A stretch of DNA of 36,675 bases from Planctomycetota bacterium. Its GTDB lineage: Bacteria > Planctomycetota > Planctomycetia > Planctomycetales > Planctomycetaceae. The stretch is taken from contig JAPLOC010000497.1 of assembly GCA_026692825.1 (NCBI GenBank), positions 1 through 36,675 of the forward strand. The letters run 5' to 3'. Made by a program: the position numbers and the translations under genes. Below are positions 28,821 to 36,675 of the stretch, piece by piece. The number at the start of each line of letters is the position of its first letter. Positions within the stretch are counted from its first letter, which is position 1. The notes under the pieces were generated by a model. It was given only the letters and a program-made list of their open reading frames with translations. It was not told where the DNA came from and did not search any database.

Positions 28821-29540
28821 ATGACCGTGTCAATCATTCGAAGAATCGTGCTGGGAGGACTCTTTCTGTGCCTGGCGGGAGCCACGGCGTCGTTTGTCGC
28901 GGGTCAGGACAAGCCGAAGGGGGCCCGAAAGGTTCCTCCCAAGGCGGGGCGCACCAAACCGATCGCGAATACCCGCACTCTCGATCAGCGGGCGGAATCT
29001 TTGACCACGTCATTCGTGAAGGAGGCCGAGACGCTCGCCGACGAGTATTTCGACTCTGGACATCCCGAAAAAGCGCTCGCGGTATTACAGCGGGTTCTGG
29101 CGCTCAACCCCAACGAGGCATCCATCAAGAAGAAGATCGAACAGATCACCGATCATACCCTGTCTGCGAACGAGTATCTGGTCGACGTCAACGCCGCTTC
29201 GGGTTGGGAAGCGTGTGGCGTTCATGTGACTGAGGGGAAACCGGTGCGGATTTCCGCTGACGGGAGTTACAAATTCGAGATGGGGGGATCGCTCGGTCCT
29301 GGCGGTCTGGTGGAGAAAGACGTTACCAAAGATTTGATCACGGGCATTCCGACCGGCGCGTTGATGGGGATTGTGCAGTTGGCGAACAGCAAGGCGGGCA
29401 AGCCATTCCTCATCGGTTCGGGGACTGACTTCACACCCAAGGAGACGGGAAAACTGTTGCTGAAGATCAATGCCCCCCAGGGACACCGCTGCACCGGCAA
29501 GATCAAGGTGACCGTCAGCGGCTCGGTCACTGCGGGGTAG
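28821..29540 (+). CDS. Hypothetical secreted protein (helical/TPR-like N-terminal part, beta-sandwich-like C-terminal part)
   Basis: ATG 28821 inside ORF 28776..29540. Signal peptide IVLGGLFLCLAGATASFVAGQ. The C-terminal half (VDVNAASGWEACGVHVTEGKPVRISADGSYKF...GKIKVTVSG) looks like a lectin or PA-IL-like beta domain. Family not established. Confidence 0.55.
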   Translation: MTVSIIRRIVLGGLFLCLAGATASFVAGQDKPKGARKVPPKAGRTKPIANTRTLDQRAESLTTSFVKEAETLADEYFDSGHPEKALAVLQRVLALNPNEASIKKKIEQITDHTLSANEYLVDVNAASGWEACGVHVTEGKPVRISADGSYKFEMGGSLGPGGLVEKDVTKDLITGIPTGALMGIVQLANSKAGKPFLIGSGTDFTPKETGKLLLKINAPQGHRCTGKIKVTVSGSVTAG

Positions 29541-29562
29541 GCACGTGCCCAACGAAACACCC

Positions 29563-30486
29563 ATGACGCGGCCACTGGGGATCGCCGTCGCTGGACTGGG
29601 CCGGCGGGGATTGTTTCACCTCGAACGGTTGCTGCTGCGCGACGATTGCAAAGTCGTCGTCGGCTGCGACCCATTGGCCGCTGCGCGCGAACGGGCGACG
29701 GGTCTGGTTCCCCATTGCGTCGACTCGTTCGCCGAGGTGTTGCGTGATCCCAAGGTCGACGTCGTTTGGATCGCGGTCACGTCGCATCGTCAATTCGCGC
29801 TCGCCCGTCAGGCGCTGCTGGCCAACCGAGACGTCGTTGTCGAAACTCCGGTGGCCGACCGAGATGACGAGTGCCAAGAGCTGCACCGGCTGGCGATTTC
29901 GCGGGGAAAATCGATCGTCCCGCTCCTCCCCCGGCGATTTGACGAAGATTTTCGCGCCGTCGAGGGAGTTGTCACGAGTGGAGACATCGGTCCGCTCTGG
30001 AGTATCGAACGGACGGTGTGGCAGTTGGGGCCGACCGATCGGGAATTGGAGTCGGATGCGGGCGATTCGGTTCGGAATGCACTGTTACGCGTCTTCGGAC
30101 TGGTGGATCAGGTGCTGCGGCTGGCGGGGGGGCTTCCCACGGAAGTCTGGTGTCGACTGCGTTCCCACCCGGGGGCCGCTCAAGTCTTGGCGGGATTGCA
30201 GTTGCAACTCAACTACCATTCCGGCCCGACAATCTGGCTCAATTACGCCTGGTCGACCCCGGCGGTTCTCGACACGGGATGGCGCATTCAAGGGGCCGCC
30301 GGGAGTTTTGTGGACGGTGTGATGTCGACCGCGACCGCATCGGGAGAGTTGATTGACGTCCCCCGTACGCCGCCGGAACTTGACCCCAGCGCCTTTCACA
30401 ACGCGGTCTTTCCGCGAATTCGGTGCGGTCCGGGGAGAGAAGTGAAATGGCATGACGGGGGTGAAGCACGATGGATTTGGCGTTGA
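29563..30486 (+). CDS. Gfo/Idh/MocA family oxidoreductase
   Basis: ORF 29545..30486 (GTG 29545 or ATG 29563). N-terminal Rossmann signature LGIAVAGLGRRGLFHLERLLLRDDCKVVVGCDP. Confidence 0.75.
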   Translation: MTRPLGIAVAGLGRRGLFHLERLLLRDDCKVVVGCDPLAAARERATGLVPHCVDSFAEVLRDPKVDVVWIAVTSHRQFALARQALLANRDVVVETPVADRDDECQELHRLAISRGKSIVPLLPRRFDEDFRAVEGVVTSGDIGPLWSIERTVWQLGPTDRELESDAGDSVRNALLRVFGLVDQVLRLAGGLPTEVWCRLRSHPGAAQVLAGLQLQLNYHSGPTIWLNYAWSTPAVLDTGWRIQGAAGSFVDGVMSTATASGELIDVPRTPPELDPSAFHNAVFPRIRCGPGREVKWHDGGEARWIWR

Positions 30487-30681
30487 AGATCACAACAACG
30501 GCACGGTTCACCTACCACTGAGCGGGGATTTCCCTATAGAATGGTACGGAAGTTCCAGTTTGGTTTCGCACTGAACCGGGAATTGAGCGTAGTGGGGGAT
30601 GTGAAGCGTCTTGCGGGGCGCGGAGTGGTCGCCCCCCCAGAGTGAATTTGAGTCAGTTTGTCTGCCGACGAGGCGTGGAAC

Positions 30682-31953
30682 ATGCGGATTGGTGTGGCCC
30701 TGGTGGGTGTGTTGGCGTTCATCGGTGTGACGTATGGCGTCGTGACGATGCTGAAGGGATATCAGGTGGCCCAGCCTTCCGCCCCCCCTTCGAAGCGTAC
30801 GATCACCAGCGGTGCGCAGGCGGTGGAACCCGCGCCGGTCGTGCATGCAGATCACGGGGAAAAGGGTGAGAAGTCGGAAGTTTTGCGGGCGACGTCGGCG
30901 AGCTATGTCCCCCCGATCTCAGCGAAGGGCCCCTGGCCTAAGGTCGTCATCGAGGAAACGGAATACCAGTTCGGTCGCATGGAAGTCGGTCAGGAGGATC
31001 ACCACGACTTTGTGATCCGCAATGAAGGGGAAGCCGACCTGGAGATCGCCAAGGGAAACACGACGTGCCAATGCACGATCAGCGAGGTGGATAACAACAT
31101 GATTCCGCCCGGCGGGTCGGCGACGATCACACTCCGCTGGAAACCGACTGCGCAAACCGACGCGTTTGAAAAAGGAGCCGAGATCCGGACGAACGACCCG
31201 AAGAAGAAGTCGTTCACCCTGAAAATTGTCGGCATGGTGGTCCCCCGGCTGCTGCTGATGCCGAGCGAAAACTGGGAAATTCGCGAGGTCAACGAGTCGA
31301 CGAATTCCATTGTGTCGGGCTTCCTGTTCTCGCCCGTGTTGAAGGAATTTGGCATCGTGAAACTGACCTATGACGAAAACCTGATCGAAGTGAAAACTCT
31401 GCCTGCCGACGAGAACATTTTGAAGTCGTTGCAGGGAGTGTCGGGATACCGTTTTGACGTGCAGGTCAAACCGGGAATGGCTGTCGGAACCTTCAGTTAT
31501 CCCCTCAAGATTCACACCAGCCTGTTTGATCGCAAGGCGGATGGAAGCGAGGGGGAAGAACCGTACATCGTCGATGTGAACATCACGGGCAGGCGGGATG
31601 GCCCGGTGAAATTCATGGGGCCGTCGTACATCGCTTCAGAAAGTGTGGTCGGGATGGGAACCTTTTCGTCGGCGGAAGGGAAGACCCTCTCCCTGATGAT
31701 GCTGGTCCGCGGCTCGCCGGAAGAGGGATTGAAATTCCTGGATGTCGAGTCCGATCCGAAAGGATTGAAAGTGACGCTCGATCCGCAGGCGAAAGCGCTG
31801 GGGGCCGCGATGCGGTATACCATCCGGTTTGAGGTTCCCCCGGGGAGTTTTCGCGGCGTTCGGCGCGAAGAGGAGCCGGCGACGGTGCGAATCAAGACCA
31901 ACCACGCCGAGGCACCGGAGATCTCCCTGAAAGTGCATTTCACGGCGTACTGA
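30682..31953 (+). CDS. DUF1573 domain-containing membrane-anchored protein, paralogue 1
   Basis: ORF 30658..31953; ATG 30682 gives the anchor MRIGVALVGVLAFIGVTYGVV. The DUF1573 core is KGPWPKVVIEETEYQFGRMEVGQEDHHDFVIRNEGEADLEIAKGNTTCQCT. Confidence 0.8.
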   Translation: MRIGVALVGVLAFIGVTYGVVTMLKGYQVAQPSAPPSKRTITSGAQAVEPAPVVHADHGEKGEKSEVLRATSASYVPPISAKGPWPKVVIEETEYQFGRMEVGQEDHHDFVIRNEGEADLEIAKGNTTCQCTISEVDNNMIPPGGSATITLRWKPTAQTDAFEKGAEIRTNDPKKKSFTLKIVGMVVPRLLLMPSENWEIREVNESTNSIVSGFLFSPVLKEFGIVKLTYDENLIEVKTLPADENILKSLQGVSGYRFDVQVKPGMAVGTFSYPLKIHTSLFDRKADGSEGEEPYIVDVNITGRRDGPVKFMGPSYIASESVVGMGTFSSAEGKTLSLMMLVRGSPEEGLKFLDVESDPKGLKVTLDPQAKALGAAMRYTIRFEVPPGSFRGVRREEEPATVRIKTNHAEAPEISLKVHFTAY

Positions 31954-32012
31954 TTCGGCCGAAGGGGTGAGATGGAGAAGTCTCCCCGTTTGTAGAAAAT
32001 CCCGTTGGGGAC

Positions 32013-33752
32013 TTGGAAAGGAAGCTCCTGGTGTCGAAACAACTGGCGGCGGTTCTGGTGATGATGGGGATCGCGGCAATCGCGCTCTATTGGATGTTCG
32101 CGCCCCCTCCTCCACCAGGGCACAAGGAGGACGACCGGCAGACGACCAATTCCCAGTCCCAGGGAACACCAGAAAAGGATCGGGCTGCGAACGCGAAACC
32201 GCCCGGCGACTCTCCTGTCGGCGACAAGGAATCGTCCACAGAGGAGATCGGTGAAAAGTCGTCGGATCACGATTCGAAAACCCGTACGGACGCGCCGCAG
32301 GTGGTTGAAGAACCCGCCGCCCCACCCGCAGTCAAACCGCTGTTGGCGGGCTGGGACAACCCCGCCGCCGTCATCGTCTTCTCGGGGGAGCAGCATGGAT
32401 ACGTTGAACCGTGCGGTTGCAGTCTGAAACAACTGGGAGGGGTGTCGCGGCGGGCTGACTTTTTCCGTCAACTCGAAGATCGCGAATACCCACTGGCGGC
32501 GTTCGATTTGGGAGGATTGGTCAACCGTCCCACCCGTCGGCAGGGAAAACTTAAGCTGCAAATGTCGCTGCATGCCTTGCGCGACATGCGCTATGGAGGA
32601 GTCGCCTTGGGGGCCGAGGAGCTGCGAAATGGGATTGAATTGATCACGTACGAAGACCGTCCTCCGTTCCTGGCGTGCAATATTGTCATCGCCGGGGATC
32701 CCGATCTGGGACTGGTCATCCCCAAGCTCATCCTGACTGTCGGCGGGAAGAAACTGGGAGTGACCTCGGTTTTTGGAAAGTCGATGGCTCCCGAAATTCT
32801 GTCCCAAACCGATGCGGCAGAGGTCGAGGTTCTTGATCCGCTGGAGTCACTGAAAAAGACGATCGCCGAACTGGAGGCGGAACAACCGGATCTGCTGATT
32901 CTGTTGTCGCATGCCCGGCCCGAGGAGACCAAAGCACTGGCGGCGGAATTCCCCCAGCTCGACATCGTGGCGGCGATTGGTGGGCCGGAAGATCCCAATC
33001 CACGGCCGGCGTTTGAGGGAAAAACGCTGTGGGTCTGGCCCGGCCAGAAGGGGAAATTCCTGGGTGTTGTGGGCCTGTTTCCGGAAGATGCTGCGAACCG
33101 GCTGAAATTCGAAGCGGTCGCGCTGGATGAGGACCGGTTCAAAGAGATGCCGCACATGCGTGAACATATGCGGCACTACCAGGAAATGCTGGAACTGCAA
33201 AAACTGGTGTCGACGGAACAAACGATCGACTATCCGCGAAACGCCGCCGAGTCGGATACGAATGAGTTCCTGGGGGCTGAAACGTGCGGTGAATGCCACC
33301 CTAAAGCGTACAAGCACTGGAAGACGACAGGACATGCCCGCGGGGCGGTCTCGCTGAAGCAGGGACGCCCCGGCCAGGAAGCGACATACATCAGCCGGCT
33401 GCACGATCCCGAATGTGTCGCCTGTCATGTGACCGGCTGGGATCCCAAGGAATTTGTGCGGTACCGTTCCGGATGGTCCGATGAAGTCTCGGGAGCGCAT
33501 TTGGCGGGACAACAGTGTGAGAACTGCCATGGCCCCGGCAGCCGGCATGTCGAGCTGGAAAGACTGTTGGCGCAGGGGGCTGACAAAGCCGACTCGACAC
33601 AAGTCGACCACTGGCGCGACTTCCTCCATTTGGAAGTTGATAAAGCGTTCGATCTGTGCGCCAAATGCCACGATGGCGACAACGATCCTCACTTTCATAC
33701 CCCCACCTTTTCCGAATACTGGGACAAGGTCAAGCACCCCTGGCGGGACTGA
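32013..33752 (+). CDS. Membrane-anchored tetrahaem c-type cytochrome fused to an N-terminal phosphoesterase-like domain
   Basis: 579-aa ORF; the start is TTG 32013 or GTG 32031. Anchor LAAVLVMMGIAAIALYW. N-terminal block VIVFSGEQHGYVEPCGCSLKQLGGVSRRADF. Four CxxCH motifs lie between 33285 and 33672: CGECH, CVACH, CENCH and CAKCH. Confidence 0.8.
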   Translation: MERKLLVSKQLAAVLVMMGIAAIALYWMFAPPPPPGHKEDDRQTTNSQSQGTPEKDRAANAKPPGDSPVGDKESSTEEIGEKSSDHDSKTRTDAPQVVEEPAAPPAVKPLLAGWDNPAAVIVFSGEQHGYVEPCGCSLKQLGGVSRRADFFRQLEDREYPLAAFDLGGLVNRPTRRQGKLKLQMSLHALRDMRYGGVALGAEELRNGIELITYEDRPPFLACNIVIAGDPDLGLVIPKLILTVGGKKLGVTSVFGKSMAPEILSQTDAAEVEVLDPLESLKKTIAELEAEQPDLLILLSHARPEETKALAAEFPQLDIVAAIGGPEDPNPRPAFEGKTLWVWPGQKGKFLGVVGLFPEDAANRLKFEAVALDEDRFKEMPHMREHMRHYQEMLELQKLVSTEQTIDYPRNAAESDTNEFLGAETCGECHPKAYKHWKTTGHARGAVSLKQGRPGQEATYISRLHDPECVACHVTGWDPKEFVRYRSGWSDEVSGAHLAGQQCENCHGPGSRHVELERLLAQGADKADSTQVDHWRDFLHLEVDKAFDLCAKCHDGDNDPHFHTPTFSEYWDKVKHPWRD

Positions 33753-34948
33753 TGAATTCGCTAACGACTCGAAGACTGATTCTGGCGCTGGGACTGTCAG
33801 CGATTTTCGGAGGCGCTTTTTATCTGCTGTCGCTGTTTCGTGGCGGCCCCATTCTGCGGGACGCGAACGAAGAGCTGTACTCGGTTCCGAATGCCGACAT
33901 GGCCCCCTCAGCGAAAGGACCGTGGCCACGCGTTGGAATTGATTCCGAACTCATCGAATTCGGCAATGGACTCGAAGGGGACGAGTTGGTCCGCAGTGTC
34001 ACATTGCGCAACGACGGCGAAGCCCCTCTGCGGGTCAGATCGGGTAGTGTCGCTTGCGACTGCGAATTGGAAGGACTGCCCACCGAGCCGATCGCGCCCG
34101 GCGATTCCGTGGAGTTGAAGTACATCTGGAGGCCGATATTGGTCGCCAACGAACTCCGACAACCCTACGAGATCGTCACCAACGATCCCCAGAAACCGCG
34201 GATCCGACTGAAGATTCAGGGCGAGGCCATTGAACTGTACCGCATCCTGCCTGACAAGGAATGGAAGCTGCAACTCCTGAGCGAAGTGGGGCGAAATGTC
34301 TTTATCGGGCGGGTCGCGAGTCAGGCCAAACCCGACTTTCGTGTGACTTCGGTCGATGTGGGGGGAGCCCCCATCGATGTGACTGTCCGGCCGCCGAATC
34401 CGGAAGACGCCGCCGCGACCGCTCGCAAGGACCCGGTTTGGGAGATTCAAGTTTCCGTCCGACCGGAAATGCCGGTCGGTACGTTCGACTTTCCGATCAT
34501 CCTCCACACCGACATTCCCGACGTGACGCAACGCGATCGTGTGGGTGGGACCACGGGGGTGGACGTGACGGTGAATGTCACTGGTCGTCGCAAGGGACCG
34601 TTCCGCATCATCGGGAAAGGCTGGTACGAGGAGAGAGATCTGTTGTCACTGGGGACATTTCCCGCGGCGACCGGGCGATCTCAAAAGTATCTGTTCTTTT
34701 GCGAAGACGCGGCGCATCGTGACATTCAGATTCAGAAGATCGAATCCGATGCCGACCCGTTGAAATTCGAGTTGCGAAAAGACGAGGACTTTAAGGGGCG
34801 GGGGGCCAAATTCGAACTGGTGGTCACGTTTCCCCCGGGAGAGAATCCCACCAGCCGGCGGGAGTCCAATGCGGCAACCGTCCGGATTCTGACCGACCAT
34901 CCCACCTGTCCTGAAATCGCGTTCATCTGCGAATACACCGCAAGCTGA
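33752..34948 (+). CDS. DUF1573 domain-containing membrane-anchored protein, paralogue 2
   Basis: ATG 33752 inside ORF 33656..34948 overlaps the cytochrome stop (TGATG). Anchor RRLILALGLSAIFGGAFYLLSLF. Core KGPWPRVGIDSELIEFGNGLEGDELVRSVTLRNDGEAPLRVRSGSVACDC. Colinear with paralogue 1 down to the shared ...VNITGRRDGP / VNVTGRRKGP block. Confidence 0.8.
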   Translation: MNSLTTRRLILALGLSAIFGGAFYLLSLFRGGPILRDANEELYSVPNADMAPSAKGPWPRVGIDSELIEFGNGLEGDELVRSVTLRNDGEAPLRVRSGSVACDCELEGLPTEPIAPGDSVELKYIWRPILVANELRQPYEIVTNDPQKPRIRLKIQGEAIELYRILPDKEWKLQLLSEVGRNVFIGRVASQAKPDFRVTSVDVGGAPIDVTVRPPNPEDAAATARKDPVWEIQVSVRPEMPVGTFDFPIILHTDIPDVTQRDRVGGTTGVDVTVNVTGRRKGPFRIIGKGWYEERDLLSLGTFPAATGRSQKYLFFCEDAAHRDIQIQKIESDADPLKFELRKDEDFKGRGAKFELVVTFPPGENPTSRRESNAATVRILTDHPTCPEIAFICEYTAS

Positions 34949-35000
34949 CGCGATGGTCGTCGGGCGGCCCACGGCGCAACGCACCACCTGCGAGCCAAAC

Positions 35001-36377
35001 ATGAAACGCATCCGTGTGGGGAATGCCGCCGGCTTCTGGGGCGATAATCTCGACGCGCCAAGACGTTTGGCCGAGCGCGGGGAACTCGATTTCCTCACGC
35101 TGGAGTATCTCGCTGAACTGACGTTGTCGATTCTCGCCGGTCAGCGTCGGAAGAATCCCGAACTGGGGTACGTTCCCGATACCGTCAGCTCCCTGGTGAG
35201 TCTGGCCTCTGCGTTGAAATCGCAGTCTCAACTGCACGTGGTGACCAATGGCGGTGGCATGAATCCCACGGGGTGCGCGCAGGCGGCAGGCAAAGCGCTT
35301 GCGGAAGCCGGTCTCGCCGACCTGAAGATTGCCGCCGTCGCGGGGGACAATTTGTTGCCCCGCCTGGCCGAGCTGTTTGCGGGTGGCGAGACGTTTGCCC
35401 ACTTCGATACCGACGCCCCGCTGGGTGACCTGCGAAATCAGGTCGCGAGCGCCAACGTCTATCTGGGAGCCGAGGGGATCGTCGCGGCACTGGCGCAGGG
35501 GGCGCGGGTCGTGTTGACCGGACGGGTGGCAGATGCGTCGTTGACCGTCGGACCGGCGATCCATGCGTTGGGGTGGAGTCCGACCGACTGGAACCGCCTG
35601 GCCGCCGCGACTGTGGCTGGCCACCTGATTGAATGCGGCGCACAGGTGACCGGAGGAATGTTCAGTGGCTGGACTCCCGACCTGGTGTTGCGGGATCTGG
35701 GGTATCCGATCGCCGAGATCGCTGACTCGGGGGAAGTGTGGATCACGAAACCCACGGGTACCGGCGGCCGAGTCGATGAAGCGACGGTCGCGGAGCAGTT
35801 GGTTTACGAAATCGGCGACCCGGCCCACTACCTGACTCCAGATGTCGACGCCAACTTTTCTCAGGTGACTCTGACCACCGTGGGACCAGACCGTGTCGCA
35901 GTAGCGAACGCGACGGGCGGCCCTCCCCCGGCAACGTTGAAAGTGTCGATGACGTACCCGGCGGGATTTCGGGCGACGGGAACCCTGGTGGTTTGCGGAC
36001 AAAACGCTGTCCTGAAAGCCCGGTCGAGCGGCGAGTTGATTCGCTCCCGCTTGGCGGAAGCGGGCGAAGTTCCGCAACGACTGGACGTCGAGATCCTGGG
36101 TTCGGGGGACGCACTGGGGGGGGTGTTGCCACGAGCGGACGACGCGCGGGAAGTGGTTTTGCGGGTGAGCGCCGCTGACCCGTCGCGCGAGAGGCTGGAG
36201 CGATTTGTTCGTGAGTTTTCGCCGTTGGTCGGTTCGGGACCACCCGGAGTCACCGGATACACCGGTCCGCGTCCCGCGCCGTTTCCGTTGTTTGCCTACT
36301 GGCCGACGCGCATCGCGCGGAAGCGGGTGGAGCCTGTTGTCGAGATTCGAACCGCGAGGGAATGGGCGGGGCGATAG
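35001..36377 (+). CDS. Acyclic terpene utilisation AtuA family protein (DUF1446)
   Basis: ATG 35001 inside ORF 34953..36377. MKRIRVGNAAGFWGDNLDAPRRLAERGELDFLTLEYLAELTLSIL ... VVTNGGGMNP ... VYLGAEGIVAALAQGARVVLTGRVADASL ... GHLIECGAQVTGG are DUF1446 signature blocks. Confidence 0.85.
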   Translation: MKRIRVGNAAGFWGDNLDAPRRLAERGELDFLTLEYLAELTLSILAGQRRKNPELGYVPDTVSSLVSLASALKSQSQLHVVTNGGGMNPTGCAQAAGKALAEAGLADLKIAAVAGDNLLPRLAELFAGGETFAHFDTDAPLGDLRNQVASANVYLGAEGIVAALAQGARVVLTGRVADASLTVGPAIHALGWSPTDWNRLAAATVAGHLIECGAQVTGGMFSGWTPDLVLRDLGYPIAEIADSGEVWITKPTGTGGRVDEATVAEQLVYEIGDPAHYLTPDVDANFSQVTLTTVGPDRVAVANATGGPPPATLKVSMTYPAGFRATGTLVVCGQNAVLKARSSGELIRSRLAEAGEVPQRLDVEILGSGDALGGVLPRADDAREVVLRVSAADPSRERLERFVREFSPLVGSGPPGVTGYTGPRPAPFPLFAYWPTRIARKRVEPVVEIRTAREWAGR

Positions 36378-36594
36378 TAAGCACCTGTCCAAAATCAAAA
36401 CCGTGATTTAATACTGTACATCGCGAAGCTGCCGCCGTCGCATCCCGTACCTGCGCTCGAGGGAGATTTTGGTGAGTCGACGTAATCCGATGGTCAAATG
36501 GAATGATTCCGTCTCGGCTGTGTCGGTCCAGTCCCAGTCGTTGACTCTCCCCTTCCGGTTCAATTTCTCTTTTTCTCCTTTTTTCCCCTTCCGT

Positions 36595-36621
36595 GTTCGT
36601 GTGTTTCGTGCCTTTCGTGGT
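36595..36621. repeat. Short 9-nt periodic array (TTCGTGnnT-type, 3 units plus a degenerate unit upstream) in a pyrimidine-rich tract
   Basis: Units 36595-36603 GTTCGTGTG, 36604-36612 TTTCGTGCC and 36613-36621 TTTCGTGGT. They are preceded by CTTCCGTG and a CT-rich run (36560-36594). Non-coding context downstream of the AtuA-family gene. Confidence 0.5.
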
Positions 36622-36675
36622 TCCCCCTTCTTTCTTTGATCCAACCGAGAATTCTAGTGCTGAAAGCCGCCTAAC

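Noticed and set aside
31512-33929. Minus-strand ORFs 31512..32807 (431 aa) and 32847..33929 (360 aa), antisense to the DUF1573 and cytochrome genes
   Set aside because: Both have low-complexity R/P/G-rich translations. The plus strand has CxxCH motifs and DUF1573 cores.
34923-36398. 491-aa minus-strand ORF antisense to the AtuA-family gene
   Set aside because: It has the same antisense high-GC artefact pattern (R/G/P-rich). The plus strand carries the DUF1446 signature blocks end to end.
36408-36644. 78-aa minus-strand ORF (MDQRKKGEPRKARNTRTRKGKKGEKEK...)
   Set aside because: The N-terminal half is a translation of the purine-rich periodic repeat. It lies at the window edge, so it cannot be evaluated further. 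Treated as non-coding.

Overview
High-GC (~60-65%) chromosomal segment. The gene content (DUF1501, DUF1573, multihaem cytochrome, weak Shine-Dalgarno usage, many 1-4 nt start/stop overlaps) suggests Planctomycetota; that assignment is inference. I support 32 protein-coding or pseudogene features, plus one tandem duplication, one hairpin and two short 9-nt periodic arrays. I found no rRNA, tRNA, CRISPR array, integrase or transposase.

Main blocks:
(1) 2.1-10.6 kb: a heavy-metal efflux island. It holds a Cys/His-rich protein, two HlyD/CzcB-like adaptors, a CusA/CzcA-type RND pump, a His-rich lipoprotein and a CDF transporter. Three of the six genes carry frame-breaking lesions. A recurrent W-C-x-[DE]-H...C-x-x-C cysteine module links three of the proteins.
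(2) 10.6-12.0 kb: a ~698-bp tandem duplication giving two Uma2-family (DUF820) nuclease-like genes.
(3) 12-19.6 kb: housekeeping and envelope genes (YHS lipoprotein, DUF1080-like, arfB, DJ-1/PfpI, GT4, and a four-gene overlapping operon of unknowns ending in a GT-B glycosyltransferase).
(4) 19.66-22.07 kb: a compositionally foreign (~45-55% GC) three-gene cassette, translationally coupled, ending in a ParA/MinD-like ATPase with a variant KGGTGR Walker A. This is my top candidate for an undescribed conflict or defence system.
(5) acnA, then a 635-bp repeat-rich intergenic region, a hypothetical acidic protein and hemY.
(6) 30.7-34.9 kb: a DUF1573 / tetrahaem cytochrome fusion / DUF1573 trio, followed by an AtuA-family (DUF1446) gene.

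All family calls come from reading the translations and from memory of family signatures. No searches were run.
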